The translations under genes and the position numbers were made by a program. The notes under the pieces were generated by a model, which did no database searches, was not told the origin of the DNA, and saw only the letters and a list, made by a program, of their open reading frames with translations. 64,000 nt of DNA from Thermodesulfobacteriota bacterium (GTDB taxonomy: Bacteria; Desulfobacterota; Desulfobacteria; Desulfobacterales; SURF-7): assembly GCA_049320885.1 (NCBI GenBank), contig JBMORA010000025.1:68913-132912 (forward strand). Reading direction: 5' to 3'. Positions 49,140 to 59,328 of this stretch are shown piece by piece (positions within the stretch are counted from its first letter, which is position 1; the number at the start of each line of letters is the position of its first letter).

Positions 49140-49514
49140 AATTCGCCTCTATCTGGATACGGTATTCATTGGTATTGAACAACAGGACCCGCAACAGTGA
49201 CGGCGCCGCGTGCCGTCCCGGGCAGCATTACTCTCCCGTGTCCCGCATGGCGCCTGGGGTGATTTTCTCATTGAGCATTTCCGGTTATCGGTCCGGAAAA
49301 TGAACGTATTCTGCGATAACCGGCGGCGGTTTGTCAAATATTAATTACCGCCTGATCCGTAAAAAATGAACCGGCGGGACTCCACGGGCAACCCCCGACC
49401 GGCCGTTCTCATAAAGCCCCCGGCAGCCCTGATTTCCTCCTTGACATTCCAATGGAATCTTGTGAAACTGACAGCGGTTCAGGACCGAAACCATAGGGGA
49501 ACTGCGAGCCGCCC

Positions 49515-50267
49515 ATGCTGCCCGATCCATTGAGCACCGACCTGTTGTACGCCTGCCGGATTTTATTTGACGCGCCCGTGGGAGTGACCAATGATTTTCT
49601 CATGAATCTGGAACCCGCGGCCCTCAAGCGCGCCTACCGCAGAAAGGCCTTCGAAACCCATCCGGACAGATCCCGGGCCCTGGGAAAATCCGAAACGGAA
49701 ATGAACCGCCGCTTCAAGGAGGTTTCCCTGGCCTATGAGCGCCTGGTGCCCATTGTCAGCGGCGAAACCGTTTTCACCGCCCCATCCGAATCCGCCCGGA
49801 CCCGCAAACCAGGGACCGGCCATTTTCAGCAGCGACAATCCCGGGAAAGACCTGCCGGTTATGCCGCGGGCGATCATTTTTATCAAGGAATTTTTCCCAG
49901 CCGCCGGCTCAAGTTCGGTCAATTCCTCTATTATTCCCAGTCCATTTCCTGGAAAACCCTGATCCAGGCGATTATCTGGCAAAAAAAGCAGCGCCCGCTC
50001 TTCGGCCAGATAGCCGAGGATTGGGGCTTTTTATCCAGCGATGCCGTTCACCGCATCCTGGCGGCCAAACCCTACACGGAAAAATTCGGCGAATTCGCCC
50101 TGCGGTCGGGCTACCTGACCGTGTTCCAGCACCTGGCGATCCTGGGCAAACAGCGGCTCCATCAACCCCGGATCGGACAATTTTTCATCCAGCAGCACCT
50201 GTTTTCCACGGAAAAACTGGAGCAACTGATTCAACGGGCCGTGGTTCACAACCGGCGGTTCGCATAA
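49515..50267 (+). CDS. J-domain protein with C-terminal MshEN-like repeats
   Basis: LKRAYRRKAFETHPD...FKEVSLAYE; KFGQFL, LFGQIA..WGFLS, KFGEFA...GYLT, RIGQFF. Confidence 0.8.
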   Translation: MLPDPLSTDLLYACRILFDAPVGVTNDFLMNLEPAALKRAYRRKAFETHPDRSRALGKSETEMNRRFKEVSLAYERLVPIVSGETVFTAPSESARTRKPGTGHFQQRQSRERPAGYAAGDHFYQGIFPSRRLKFGQFLYYSQSISWKTLIQAIIWQKKQRPLFGQIAEDWGFLSSDAVHRILAAKPYTEKFGEFALRSGYLTVFQHLAILGKQRLHQPRIGQFFIQQHLFSTEKLEQLIQRAVVHNRRFA

Positions 50268-51211
50268 CGCCCTTCCAGAAAACGAACCATCCAGCAAATC
50301 TGAAGGTTGGCCGGCGTCGCAATCCCGTGCCGCTCCCCCAGACGCACCACGGCCCCGTTCAGGGAATCGATCTCCGTGGGTTTCCTTCCACGGATATCCT
50401 GGAGCATGGACGCCTGATGCCCGGCGGTCTTTGGAATAAGTTGCTGATAAAAAACATGCAGATACTCCTCGGGGGCATCCCAGTAAGACTGGTAACCGGC
50501 TTTCGCCGTGACGGCAAAAATCTCCCGGATGACGGCATCCATGATATTCCGGGCATGGGGTGAATCCCCCAGATGGCCGTACGGCACCTGAAAAATCGCC
50601 CCCAGGGGATTTAGCGGACAATTATACAGCATTTTCGCCCATAAATCCCAAGCGATGGCGGCAGTGGCCTCACTGGGAATCCCGCCCCTTGTCAGGCTGG
50701 AACAGAGCGCCTCGATCTCCCGGGTTTCGGTATGAAACAGGCTGCCGATGCGCACACTGTCCGCATGAACCGTGATGTCAACGGAATGTTCTGCGTCTTT
50801 TTGAAAGCCGGTGATGATTCTGGCATTGTAAACTTGACGGGGATCGAACCGGGCGGAGAAAACTTCCGCATTGCCCCAGCCGTTCTGGCACAACACAATC
50901 TTCGTCCGCCTGTCCGCAAGACCGGGGGTTTCCCCCAATGTCCGCGCAATCATCGCCGAATCGTATGCTTTGGTGCAGACCAGGATATGATCGTATACGG
51001 CCCCGCCCAGCTCGGCGGGACTCTCACAAACCCGGAATCGATCCGGCAAGAGTTGCAGACAACCGAACAAGCCTTTCCGGATCAACCCTTCCCGCCGCAA
51101 AGCCGCGGCGGCCCGTTGCCTGGCGACGATGGTTACCGTTTCGCCACTGTATATCAACGCGCTGGCCAGGCCCAGTCCCACCGCGCCGGCGCCATAGAGC
51201 AAAATATTCAT
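50246..51211 (-). CDS. panE: 2-dehydropantoate 2-reductase
   Basis: YGAGAVG, CTKAYD, QNGWG, WAKMLYN, SMLQD, TEIDSLNG. Confidence 0.88.
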   Translation of the reverse strand: MNILLYGAGAVGLGLASALIYSGETVTIVARQRAAAALRREGLIRKGLFGCLQLLPDRFRVCESPAELGGAVYDHILVCTKAYDSAMIARTLGETPGLADRRTKIVLCQNGWGNAEVFSARFDPRQVYNARIITGFQKDAEHSVDITVHADSVRIGSLFHTETREIEALCSSLTRGGIPSEATAAIAWDLWAKMLYNCPLNPLGAIFQVPYGHLGDSPHARNIMDAVIREIFAVTAKAGYQSYWDAPEEYLHVFYQQLIPKTAGHQASMLQDIRGRKPTEIDSLNGAVVRLGERHGIATPANLQICWMVRFLEGRYANRRL

Positions 51212-51231
51212 GAACTACCTGTTTATCCGGC

Positions 51232-52173
51232 TTACAGGATGATCTCCATCCCTTCCCGGGCCATGTCGACTTCCAACCCCTTGCCACCCAGCGAGGCCCT
51301 GTATTGTTTTTCCAATGCCGCCAGCTCCCGGTCACTGCGCAGCGGGTCATGATGAAACAGGATCAGCCGTTTGACCCTTGCCGCAAGGGCCACTTCCACG
51401 GCATTTTCCATGGGCGAATGCCCCCACCCTTTTTTCGCGGATTCATATTCCTTTTTCGTGTATTGCGCGTCATGGATCAGGACATCGGCATTTTCATAAA
51501 AATTGATCAGTTTTTGGGTTTCAGCACCGGCCGCGGCAGCGCCCCTTTCCACCAGGACGGGATCCGACAGCCCCAGGGCCTCGGCATCGGTGAAAAAATT
51601 CCGGAAAGGTTCCGTATCGAAGGCGGTGCAGACGACCTTGCCTTGATATTCAAACCGGTAGCCCAGGCACAGCAGCGTATGATTCAAAAATTTGGTCATG
51701 ACCGTGATGCCGTCTCCCAGATCCAACCGGGTTTCCACCAGGTGCCGGTAGTGAATGCGTGCCGAAAGCTCGCTGTACATGACCGGGAAATACCGGTAGC
51801 GCAGTTGGCCGCCGACGATTTCCTCCAGGGGTTCATCCTCGAAAGTGACCGGCCCGTATATATTCAGCTCCGTCCCCGGGATGTAAATCGGACTGAAAAA
51901 CGGAAAACCCATGATATGATCCCAATGGGTATGGGTTAAAAAAATATCCGCCTGGATCGGACCGTTTTTCAAATCATTACGGGTCAGTTGGTTTCCCAGC
52001 GGACGAATCCCCGAACCGGCGTCGATGATCACCAGCCGCCCCATCTCCCCGAATCGCAATTCCAGGCAGGCGGTGTTCCCGCCGTATACGACCGTATCCG
52101 GTCCCGGACACGCTATGGAACCCCGCACACCCCAAAACTGAATCCGCACCCGTTCTCGCTCCTTTTGCATCAT
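51232..52173 (-). CDS. MBL-fold metallo-hydrolase (phosphodiesterase-like)
   Basis: FWGVRGSI, YGGNTAC, THTHWDHIMG, HDAQY, GWGHS, LFHHDP. Confidence 0.88.
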   Translation of the reverse strand: MMQKERERVRIQFWGVRGSIACPGPDTVVYGGNTACLELRFGEMGRLVIIDAGSGIRPLGNQLTRNDLKNGPIQADIFLTHTHWDHIMGFPFFSPIYIPGTELNIYGPVTFEDEPLEEIVGGQLRYRYFPVMYSELSARIHYRHLVETRLDLGDGITVMTKFLNHTLLCLGYRFEYQGKVVCTAFDTEPFRNFFTDAEALGLSDPVLVERGAAAAGAETQKLINFYENADVLIHDAQYTKKEYESAKKGWGHSPMENAVEVALAARVKRLILFHHDPLRSDRELAALEKQYRASLGGKGLEVDMAREGMEIIL

Positions 52174-52192
52174 CACCCCGCAGTGTATCGGG

Positions 52193-53074
52193 TCAGGTCA
52201 AGCCCAGAAAGACCCTTGCCTTGTTCACTTCGTCGTTCACCGCCCCGGCAACTTCCTTGAAATCCGCCGGCGGAATCCGCAACCGCTGGAGACTCTCGGA
52301 ACTTATTTTATCCGGGAATCCATCGCCCGAAAAGCCCAGGGCCAGGGTATTGGCGATATAATTGGCCAGGGCAACCGTAGCCACGATCTCCTCATGCTCC
52401 CCCTGATAGGTTGAAAGGTCGTGATGGTACCGGATCGTATCCGCTATATCGTCGCCCAGCCGCCATTTCGCGGCAATCAGCGCCCCCATGGACGCATGAT
52501 CGATGCCCACCACTTTTCGTTCCGCCCGGTACAAGGCCACCTCTTTCTGCCCGGCTGTTTCCAGTGCCTGGGAATATATGATCGGGAACCGGTTATTGAT
52601 GGCCACCTTGCCGATATCATGCACCAACCCTGCCACAAAATAGGTTTCCTGTAAACTCTGCCGGACACCCCGCTTTTCCGCCAGCAGTTTGGCGGTCACC
52701 CCCACGCTCAGGGAGTGCTGCCAGAAAGCATCCATATCCAGCACCTGCTCATGGTGCAGCCGGTTCACATTTCCGAGAATCGCCGTGCTGAGCACCAGAT
52801 TCTTGATCGTGTTCATCCCCAGCATGATAATGGCATGGGGCAGCGATGTGATTTTCTGGGAAAACCCGTAATAGGCCGAATTGATCAGGCTGATGATTTT
52901 GCCCATCAGCACCGGATCCATGCTGATGATCCGGGTCAAATCCGCCGGCGAGGTATCCGGATTCCGGCAGGTGGCCATGACCTTGGAAACCGTTGGAGAA
53001 AGCGCCGGCATCTTGCCGATATAGGCCTGAAGGCTGGCAATACGCTGTTGCAATACCGCGCTCCCGTCGTTCAT
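52193..53074 (-). CDS. HDOD domain protein
   Basis: DPVL...INSAYYG, FWQHS, GLVHDIGK, IRYHH. Confidence 0.9.
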   Translation of the reverse strand: MNDGSAVLQQRIASLQAYIGKMPALSPTVSKVMATCRNPDTSPADLTRIISMDPVLMGKIISLINSAYYGFSQKITSLPHAIIMLGMNTIKNLVLSTAILGNVNRLHHEQVLDMDAFWQHSLSVGVTAKLLAEKRGVRQSLQETYFVAGLVHDIGKVAINNRFPIIYSQALETAGQKEVALYRAERKVVGIDHASMGALIAAKWRLGDDIADTIRYHHDLSTYQGEHEEIVATVALANYIANTLALGFSGDGFPDKISSESLQRLRIPPADFKEVAGAVNDEVNKARVFLGLT

Positions 53075-53077
53075 GGA

Positions 53078-54007
53078 TCACTGCATCCCGACAACGCTGT
53101 GGGCGAAGGTTTTAAACAGTTCGCGATCGAATTTGCCGTCCACGACCTCTTCCATTATGCCGGCCAGGGCCTCGATGGGTTTCAGCGGCGGATGATCCGG
53201 CCGATACCCCGTCCGATGTTCAAATGTATCGATGATGGACAATGCGGCTGATTCCGGCAGCAGGTCACGCCGGGTTTTTCCGTCCGGATATCCCGAGCCG
53301 TCCGCTCGTTCGTGATGCTCCAGGGCGGAAAGCGCCACTTTCCCATCAAAGCCGCAGTCTTTCAACGTCCGATACCCATGTTCGGCATGTTGTCGGAGCA
53401 ACTTGGTCTCCCTCACCGTCAGTTCCCGCGAGGCCTTCAGAATATCATCCGGCACATTCACCTTGCCCACGTCATGGAGCAGGCCCGCCAACCCCATCTG
53501 TTTGAGTTCCGTAAGCGGGAAACGGCTGTAATGTCCAAACCCGAGGCACAGCAGCATGACATTGACACTGTGAACGGCGGTGGAATAATCCTTCGTGGAA
53601 ACAGCGATCAGGTTGCCCACCACGGCGGGATTCTCCAGATATTCGCTCACCACGATATCGATGGTTTCCTTGAGATTATGCAGCACCGGGGTTCGCGGCT
53701 CGGCGAGACTGACCTCCATGGTCTTATGGAGGATCGTTTTCGCCGCGACCGGATCTTCCCGGATGTTTTTTTTCAATTGCGCAGAGTACTTACGCTGAAA
53801 CGAGCAGACTTCCTTGATTTTGTCCTCCAGGGATATATAGAGTTTCTGGGGGTGGCGTTTTTCCTTGATCCGGACAGCCTCGATGGGAACCCCTTTGGGT
53901 TTGTACAGGATATAGCCTTTCCCATCGGACGGGCGCATATAAATGGCGTAATTTTTATAGTATTTTTCGAGCGACCGGGTCACCTCGACCATTTCATCGT
54001 CCGGCAT
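53078..54007 (-). CDS. HD-GYP domain protein
   Basis: HSVNV, LLHDVGK, HHERADGSGYP. Confidence 0.88.
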   Translation of the reverse strand: MPDDEMVEVTRSLEKYYKNYAIYMRPSDGKGYILYKPKGVPIEAVRIKEKRHPQKLYISLEDKIKEVCSFQRKYSAQLKKNIREDPVAAKTILHKTMEVSLAEPRTPVLHNLKETIDIVVSEYLENPAVVGNLIAVSTKDYSTAVHSVNVMLLCLGFGHYSRFPLTELKQMGLAGLLHDVGKVNVPDDILKASRELTVRETKLLRQHAEHGYRTLKDCGFDGKVALSALEHHERADGSGYPDGKTRRDLLPESAALSIIDTFEHRTGYRPDHPPLKPIEALAGIMEEVVDGKFDRELFKTFAHSVVGMQ

Positions 54008-54019
54008 CCCCACTCCTTG

Positions 54020-54238
54020 TCAATACGTGAACTGCCTGATCATCTTCATCAGGGACTGGATGTCCATGCGCTCATCGTTTTTGAGCCGGCCTTTCAACTC
54101 CCCCAGGACCTCCTCGACCTGTTCCAGCCAGAAAAAGGAATCTGCCTGCCGCCGCTCCTTGCCGACCATCAGAAATTCAATCAGCTCGCCGGCGCTCATA
54201 TCCCGTAACAATTCCTTGAAATGATCCATACCGGTCAT
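54020..54238 (-). CDS. Small hypothetical protein
   Basis: Fills the operon gap between truA and HD-GYP; stop abuts next RBS. Confidence 0.55.
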   Translation of the reverse strand: MTGMDHFKELLRDMSAGELIEFLMVGKERRQADSFFWLEQVEEVLGELKGRLKNDERMDIQSLMKMIRQFTY

Positions 54239-54297
54239 GTGTGCTTTTCCCGCTCGCCCTGCTTCCGTTCCGCCAGGGAACGGCCGCCGGGCCTTTT

Positions 54298-55035
54298 TCA
54301 ATAGGCCACCGCCACCAGAAACAAGCCGCGGGGCGGCGCCGTAAAACCGGCATTCCGCCGGTCCCTGGAATCCAGGATCATGTTGAAATCGCGGGGAGAC
54401 AGTTTCCCCAGACCCACCTCAACCAATGTGCCGACGATATTGCGCACCATATATCGCAGAAATCCCGTGGCCTCGATTTCAAAAAAAACCATCTTCCCGG
54501 TTTGCCGTACTTCCGTCCGCAGAACATTCCGGATCGTGCTGGAACGGGGGCTTCCACTTCCCTCGAAGGCCTTGAAATCGTGTTCCCCGACAATGCCGCG
54601 GGCGGCCCGCCCCATGGCCTCCGTATCGAGGCCCTGCCGGATCTGCCACACATATTGCCGGCCGATGGCCGCCGGTTGGCGGTCATTGAGAATGTGATAC
54701 CGATAGGTTTTCGATTTCGCATCATACCGGGCGTGAAAGGAGTCTTCCGCCGGCCCGCAGGAATGCACCACGATGTCACCGGGCAGCATCCGGTTGAGCC
54801 CCCGGTGGAAAATGTCCGCCGTCAGATCGGTATCGCAAGTAAAATTCGCCACCTGCCCGAGGGCATGCACGCCGGCGTCGGTTCTCCCGGAACCGATCAA
54901 GACCACGGGGCGGCAGGTGATGGTCGATAACGCCTTTTCGATCTCTCCCTGGATGGTGCGCCTGTCCTTCTGGCGCTGCCAGCCATGATAGGCGCTTCCG
55001 TCATATTCGATGACCAGCCTGAAATTTTTCCCCAT
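54298..55035 (-). CDS. truA: tRNA pseudouridine(38-40) synthase
   Basis: EYDGSAYHGWQ, SGRTDAGVHA.GQ, FHARY, FLRYMVR, TAPPRGL. Confidence 0.95.
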   Translation of the reverse strand: MGKNFRLVIEYDGSAYHGWQRQKDRRTIQGEIEKALSTITCRPVVLIGSGRTDAGVHALGQVANFTCDTDLTADIFHRGLNRMLPGDIVVHSCGPAEDSFHARYDAKSKTYRYHILNDRQPAAIGRQYVWQIRQGLDTEAMGRAARGIVGEHDFKAFEGSGSPRSSTIRNVLRTEVRQTGKMVFFEIEATGFLRYMVRNIVGTLVEVGLGKLSPRDFNMILDSRDRRNAGFTAPPRGLFLVAVAY

Positions 55036-55048
55036 TCTCCGGACTCGG

Positions 55049-55228
55049 TTATAAGCGATCACAAGGGATGTCGGCCAGTTCGTCTTCCAATTCCTGGTCA
55101 AACCATTCGGTGATTCTCTCCAGCGGGAATTCGGCGCCGCAGCCCCGGCAGCGCATCACGACGCGCCCTCAGAACCGCTGGACGTACAGACGCCCGTCAC
55201 AGTTCCGGCAACGCGCATTTTTCAACAT
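55049..55228 (-). CDS. Small dual-CXXC (seleno)protein, in-frame UGA at 55171..55169
   Basis: Manual translation MLKNARCRNCDGRLYVQRF-U-GRVVMRCRGCGAEFPLERITEWFDQELEDELADIPCDRL; absent from ORF track. Confidence 0.82.
55134..55154 (-). promoter_or_regulatory. Candidate SECIS hairpin
   Basis: GCGCTGC-CGGGGCT-GCGGCGC starting 14 nt after the UGA. Confidence 0.6.
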
Positions 55229-55369
55229 CGGCATATCAACCCCGGCAAACCGTTTCTACTTTTCTTGCGATACCCACCCGGCATCTATAATAATTGCAAT
55301 ATACGCGTTCATCTGTTAGTAAGTCCATAAAAATCTGCAACAAGGACCTTAACCAGAACAGGACAACCC

Positions 55370-56557
55370 ATGACAGAACAGCCAGGCTGCCCCGGCTTCC
55401 GGTTTTCCGGAATCGCCGCGGGGATAAAAAAAAACGGCAACCAGGATCTCGGCCTGATCGTCTCGGAAACAACCGCCGGCGTGGCCGGCGTCTTTACCCG
55501 GAACATCGTGCAGGCGGCATGCGTCCAGTTGAACCGGGCCAGAATACAATCCGGCGAATGCCGGGCCGTCGTCGTCAACAGCGGAAACGCCAACTGCTGC
55601 ACCGGCGATGAAGGCATGCAGGACGCCATCCGCACCGCTGCCATCATGGCGGAAAGACTCGCGGTTCCGGAGGAACACATCCTGGTGGCCTCCACCGGCG
55701 TCATCGGCCAGCGCCTCCCGGTGGCGAAAATTGAAACCGCCGCACCGCTGTTGATGGATTCCCTGGCCCCTTCCGGTATCCATGAGTTCGCCCGGGCCAT
55801 CCTGACAACGGATTTGAAGACCAAGATAACCTCCACCCGGATACCCGTGGCCGGCCGGCCGGTGACCATCACCGGTGTGGCCAAGGGTTCGGGCATGATC
55901 CGTCCGGACATGGCCACCATGCTGTGTTTTGTGTGTTCCGATGTCGGGGCTTCACCGGCGGAGCTGCAATCCCTCCTGGTCCGGGCCACGGAAAAATCCT
56001 TCAATCGCATCAGCGTTGACGGCGATACCAGCACCAACGACATGATTCTGCTCCTGGCCAACGGAATCTCCGGCGCCAGACTGGAAAAGCCGGATCAGCT
56101 GGAACGATTCCAGCAGGCCCTGGACGCGGTCCTGACGGACCTGGCCAAACAGGTCGTCCGGGACGGCGAAGGCGCCACCAAACTGGTGGAAATCTCAGTG
56201 GCGGGAGCCGCGGACGATGCGGCGGCCCGCGCCATCGCCGATACGGTGGCGCATTCGAATCTGGTGAAAACCGCCTTCTTCGGCGAGGACGCCAATTGGG
56301 GCCGAATCATTGCAGCGGTCGGCAGAGCCCGTGTGCCCGTTGATCCCGACCGGATTTCCATTTGTTTCGACGCCGTCCAATTGGTGAAAAACGGTCGCTG
56401 GTGTGGCAGCGAGGCGGAAGCCGAAGCCACGCGGATATTGAAAAAACCCGAGTTTGCGGTTTTCATCGATCTCCAGGCCGGCGCCGGAAAAGCCTCTGTT
56501 TTAACCTGCGATTTTTCGGTGGATTATGTCAAGATCAACGCCAATTACCGTTCCTGA
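55370..56557 (+). CDS. argJ: Bifunctional ornithine/glutamate N-acetyltransferase
   Basis: NSGNAN, KGSGMIRPDMATML, DGDTSTND, DGEGATK, DANWGR. Confidence 0.95.
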   Translation: MTEQPGCPGFRFSGIAAGIKKNGNQDLGLIVSETTAGVAGVFTRNIVQAACVQLNRARIQSGECRAVVVNSGNANCCTGDEGMQDAIRTAAIMAERLAVPEEHILVASTGVIGQRLPVAKIETAAPLLMDSLAPSGIHEFARAILTTDLKTKITSTRIPVAGRPVTITGVAKGSGMIRPDMATMLCFVCSDVGASPAELQSLLVRATEKSFNRISVDGDTSTNDMILLLANGISGARLEKPDQLERFQQALDAVLTDLAKQVVRDGEGATKLVEISVAGAADDAAARAIADTVAHSNLVKTAFFGEDANWGRIIAAVGRARVPVDPDRISICFDAVQLVKNGRWCGSEAEAEATRILKKPEFAVFIDLQAGAGKASVLTCDFSVDYVKINANYRS

Positions 56558-56629
56558 TCTTTTTTTTCCCGGACCGGAAACGTCAAACCGCTCCATCCCC
56601 CGGGGCAGGCGGCCGATGCCATATCACCC

Positions 56630-57385
56630 ATGGCGATGATCCGACTGCAAAAATTTCTTGCCCAGGCCGGCGTGTGTTCCAGGCGGAAAGGCGAGGAATT
56701 CATCCAGGCCGGCCTTGTCAAGGTGAATGGACGGACGGTGACGACCCTCGGGACATCCGTCGACCCGGAAGCGGATTGCGTCGAGTTTCAAGGCAAGGTG
56801 CTGAAACCGACGGGGAAGTACATTTATATCGCCCTGAACAAACCCAAGGGGTATGTCACCAGTTGCCGTCAGCAGGGAGCCCAAATCGTGCTGGACCTCA
56901 TTCCGGCGGCCCGGCGCATTTATCCCGTCGGCCGACTGGATAAGGACTCCACCGGGCTGCTGTTGCTGACCAACGATGGCGAATTGCATCAACAGCTATC
57001 CCACCCCTCCTTTGACCATGAAAAAGAATACGATGTCATGGTTGCCGCTCCCCTTCCCGATGGCGCCCTTCGCAAACTGGCCGACGGACTTTCGATCCTG
57101 GGCCGGAAAACACGTCCGACCGATGTCAGCAGGGTCTCTCCCAGAAGATTTCGCATTATCCTCCGGGAAGGACGCAACCGCCAGATCCGGCGCATGGTCG
57201 CCAAAATCGGCGGCGAGGTAGTGGGGCTGCGCCGGCTTCGCATTGCCACCATTGAGCTCGGCGACCTGGCCGAAGGGAAATGGCGGCATTTGACCCGCGA
57301 TGAAATCGCCGCCCTGAAAAAACCGGCGCCGGCTTTATCCCCGGGTTCCGAAACCGCTTCGACACCTCAGGAGTTTCTTGAATAA
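56630..57385 (+). CDS. rRNA pseudouridine synthase, RsuA/RluB family
   Basis: S4 domain RLQKFLA..GV.SRR, NKPKG, VGRLDKDSTG, EGRNRQIRRM. Confidence 0.92.
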   Translation: MAMIRLQKFLAQAGVCSRRKGEEFIQAGLVKVNGRTVTTLGTSVDPEADCVEFQGKVLKPTGKYIYIALNKPKGYVTSCRQQGAQIVLDLIPAARRIYPVGRLDKDSTGLLLLTNDGELHQQLSHPSFDHEKEYDVMVAAPLPDGALRKLADGLSILGRKTRPTDVSRVSPRRFRIILREGRNRQIRRMVAKIGGEVVGLRRLRIATIELGDLAEGKWRHLTRDEIAALKKPAPALSPGSETASTPQEFLE

Positions 57386-57470
57386 AATGCCAACATTTGG
57401 TAGATAACCTACTGCTTTCGCCTTCACTTCGGCAAATCTTTCCGCCACCATCTTGAAAGGAGAGGGTTTC

Positions 57471-58784
57471 ATGGTCACATTCGAATCACTGGCCGGCAAA
57501 AAGGAGCGCATCGCCATCATCGGCCTCGGGTATGTGGGCTTGCCCTTGGCCGTCCATTTTTCAAAACATTTCAGTGTTATCGGTTTTGATCTGAAAACGG
57601 ATCGAATCGAGGAACTGAAGTCCGGTCATGATCGAACCCTGGAAGTCGACGATGCTTCCCTGGCCGCCGCGGCTGTCCACTACACCAGCCGGGAGGAAGA
57701 CCTCGCCGCATGCCGTCTGATCATCGTGGCGGTTCCGACGCCCATCGACGCCCATCGCATCCCCGATCTGTCACCGGTCAGAAGCGCCGCCACCATTGTC
57801 GGCCGCCGCCTCCAAAGGAACAGCTGTGTGGTATTTGAATCAACGGTTTACCCGGGCGTGACAGAGGATATCTGCGTGCCCATCCTGGAAAAAATGTCCG
57901 GCCTCCAGTTCGGCGTCGACTTCACCGTGGGATATTCTCCGGAACGAATCAACCCGGGAGACAAGGTCCACACCCTGGAAAATATCGTTAAAATCGTATC
58001 CGGTTCGGACAAGGCCACCACCAGATTGCTGGCTGACGTCTATGGAAAGATCGTTTCCGCCGGAATTCATCAGGCCGGGTCCATTAAAATCGCCGAAGCC
58101 GCGAAGGTGATTGAAAACACCCAGCGGGATCTGAACATCGCCCTGATGAATGAACTGGCCCTGATTTTCGACCGCATGGGAATCGATACCACCGAGGTGC
58201 TGGAGGCGGCGGGCACCAAATGGAATTTCCTGCCCTTCCGGCCCGGGCTGGTGGGCGGGCACTGCATCGGGGTGGACCCCTATTATCTGACATTCAAGGC
58301 GGAATCCATCGGATATCATCCGGAAATGATTCTGGCAGGCCGCAGAATCAACGACAATATGGGAAAATACATCGCCGAGCGGATCGTGAAAATGCTGATC
58401 GCCGAAAAGCAGCAGGTATACGGCTCCAAAGTGGCCATTCTCGGGATCACTTTCAAAGAGGATGTTCCGGATCTGCGCAACACGCGGGTGATCGACATCA
58501 TTTCGGAACTTCGGGAATACGGCATCGAAATCCTTGTCCACGACCCCCTGGCCGATCCCGGGGAAGCCCTGGGCTATTACAACATTGCCCTGAGTCCCTT
58601 GGAACAATTGAAAAATCTGGACGCCATCATCGTCGCGGTGGCCCATCGTCTCTACCGAGATATCGGTCTTGCGGGAATCGCCGGCTGCTGTAATGCCGCA
58701 AAGGCCCCGATCATTGCGGACGTGAAGAGCATTTTCGATCCCCGGGAGGCCAGGGAAAAAGGCATCACCTATTGGCGGCTGTGA
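57471..58784 (+). CDS. Nucleotide sugar dehydrogenase (UDP-N-acetylhexosamine 6-dehydrogenase, TviB/WbpO-like)
   Basis: GLGYVGLP, ESTVYPG, SPERINPG, GLVGGHCIGVDPY, DLRNT. Confidence 0.92.
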   Translation: MVTFESLAGKKERIAIIGLGYVGLPLAVHFSKHFSVIGFDLKTDRIEELKSGHDRTLEVDDASLAAAAVHYTSREEDLAACRLIIVAVPTPIDAHRIPDLSPVRSAATIVGRRLQRNSCVVFESTVYPGVTEDICVPILEKMSGLQFGVDFTVGYSPERINPGDKVHTLENIVKIVSGSDKATTRLLADVYGKIVSAGIHQAGSIKIAEAAKVIENTQRDLNIALMNELALIFDRMGIDTTEVLEAAGTKWNFLPFRPGLVGGHCIGVDPYYLTFKAESIGYHPEMILAGRRINDNMGKYIAERIVKMLIAEKQQVYGSKVAILGITFKEDVPDLRNTRVIDIISELREYGIEILVHDPLADPGEALGYYNIALSPLEQLKNLDAIIVAVAHRLYRDIGLAGIAGCCNAAKAPIIADVKSIFDPREAREKGITYWRL

Positions 58785-58806
58785 AAACCATGGAAGGCAC
58801 GCGACA

Positions 58807-59310
58807 ATGAAATTGACCGATCTGTTACCTGTTGAAAAATGGATTGAATTTGAAAAGGAAATTCACCGGCGGTCCGGTCTGGACAGCAATGTTTTCGATA
58901 TCAACGGATACCGCATCACCGGCCATAAGCAATGGGTCAACCGTTTATGTCCCGTGGTGAAGGACAGCGACAAGGGACAAAGCTTTATCTGCGCGGTGGC
59001 CCATATGAATATCGCCGCCCAGGCCCAACGGGAAAAACAGGCGGTGATTGAAGCCTGCGATGCGGGTTTGGTGAAAATGGTGGTGCCGATTTTCTGCGGC
59101 AATGAATTCCTGGGAGCCGTGGGCGCCTGCGGCTTGCTGGCCGAAGACGGTGAAATAGATGGATTCATGATCAACCGCACCATCGGCTTGGATGAAAATG
59201 AAATCGAGCGTCTCAGCCGGGATATCGGCATGATTTCAATGTCGAAGCTCACCGAACTGGCCACGTATATCCAGGCTGGAATCGATGCCGTGATCCAAAA
59301 CCGCTGCTGA
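58807..59310 (+). CDS. Stand-alone PocR ligand-binding domain protein
   Basis: NRLC, FIC, CDAGL...VPI, GACG Cys pattern. Confidence 0.8.
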   Translation: MKLTDLLPVEKWIEFEKEIHRRSGLDSNVFDINGYRITGHKQWVNRLCPVVKDSDKGQSFICAVAHMNIAAQAQREKQAVIEACDAGLVKMVVPIFCGNEFLGAVGACGLLAEDGEIDGFMINRTIGLDENEIERLSRDIGMISMSKLTELATYIQAGIDAVIQNRC

Positions 59311-59328
59311 GCCGGCACCCGAAGGATA

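Noticed and set aside
49140..49340. Guanidine or other riboswitch in the pdaD leader
   Set aside because: GC-rich pairing is possible, but I could not match any riboswitch consensus by eye; needs an Rfam scan.
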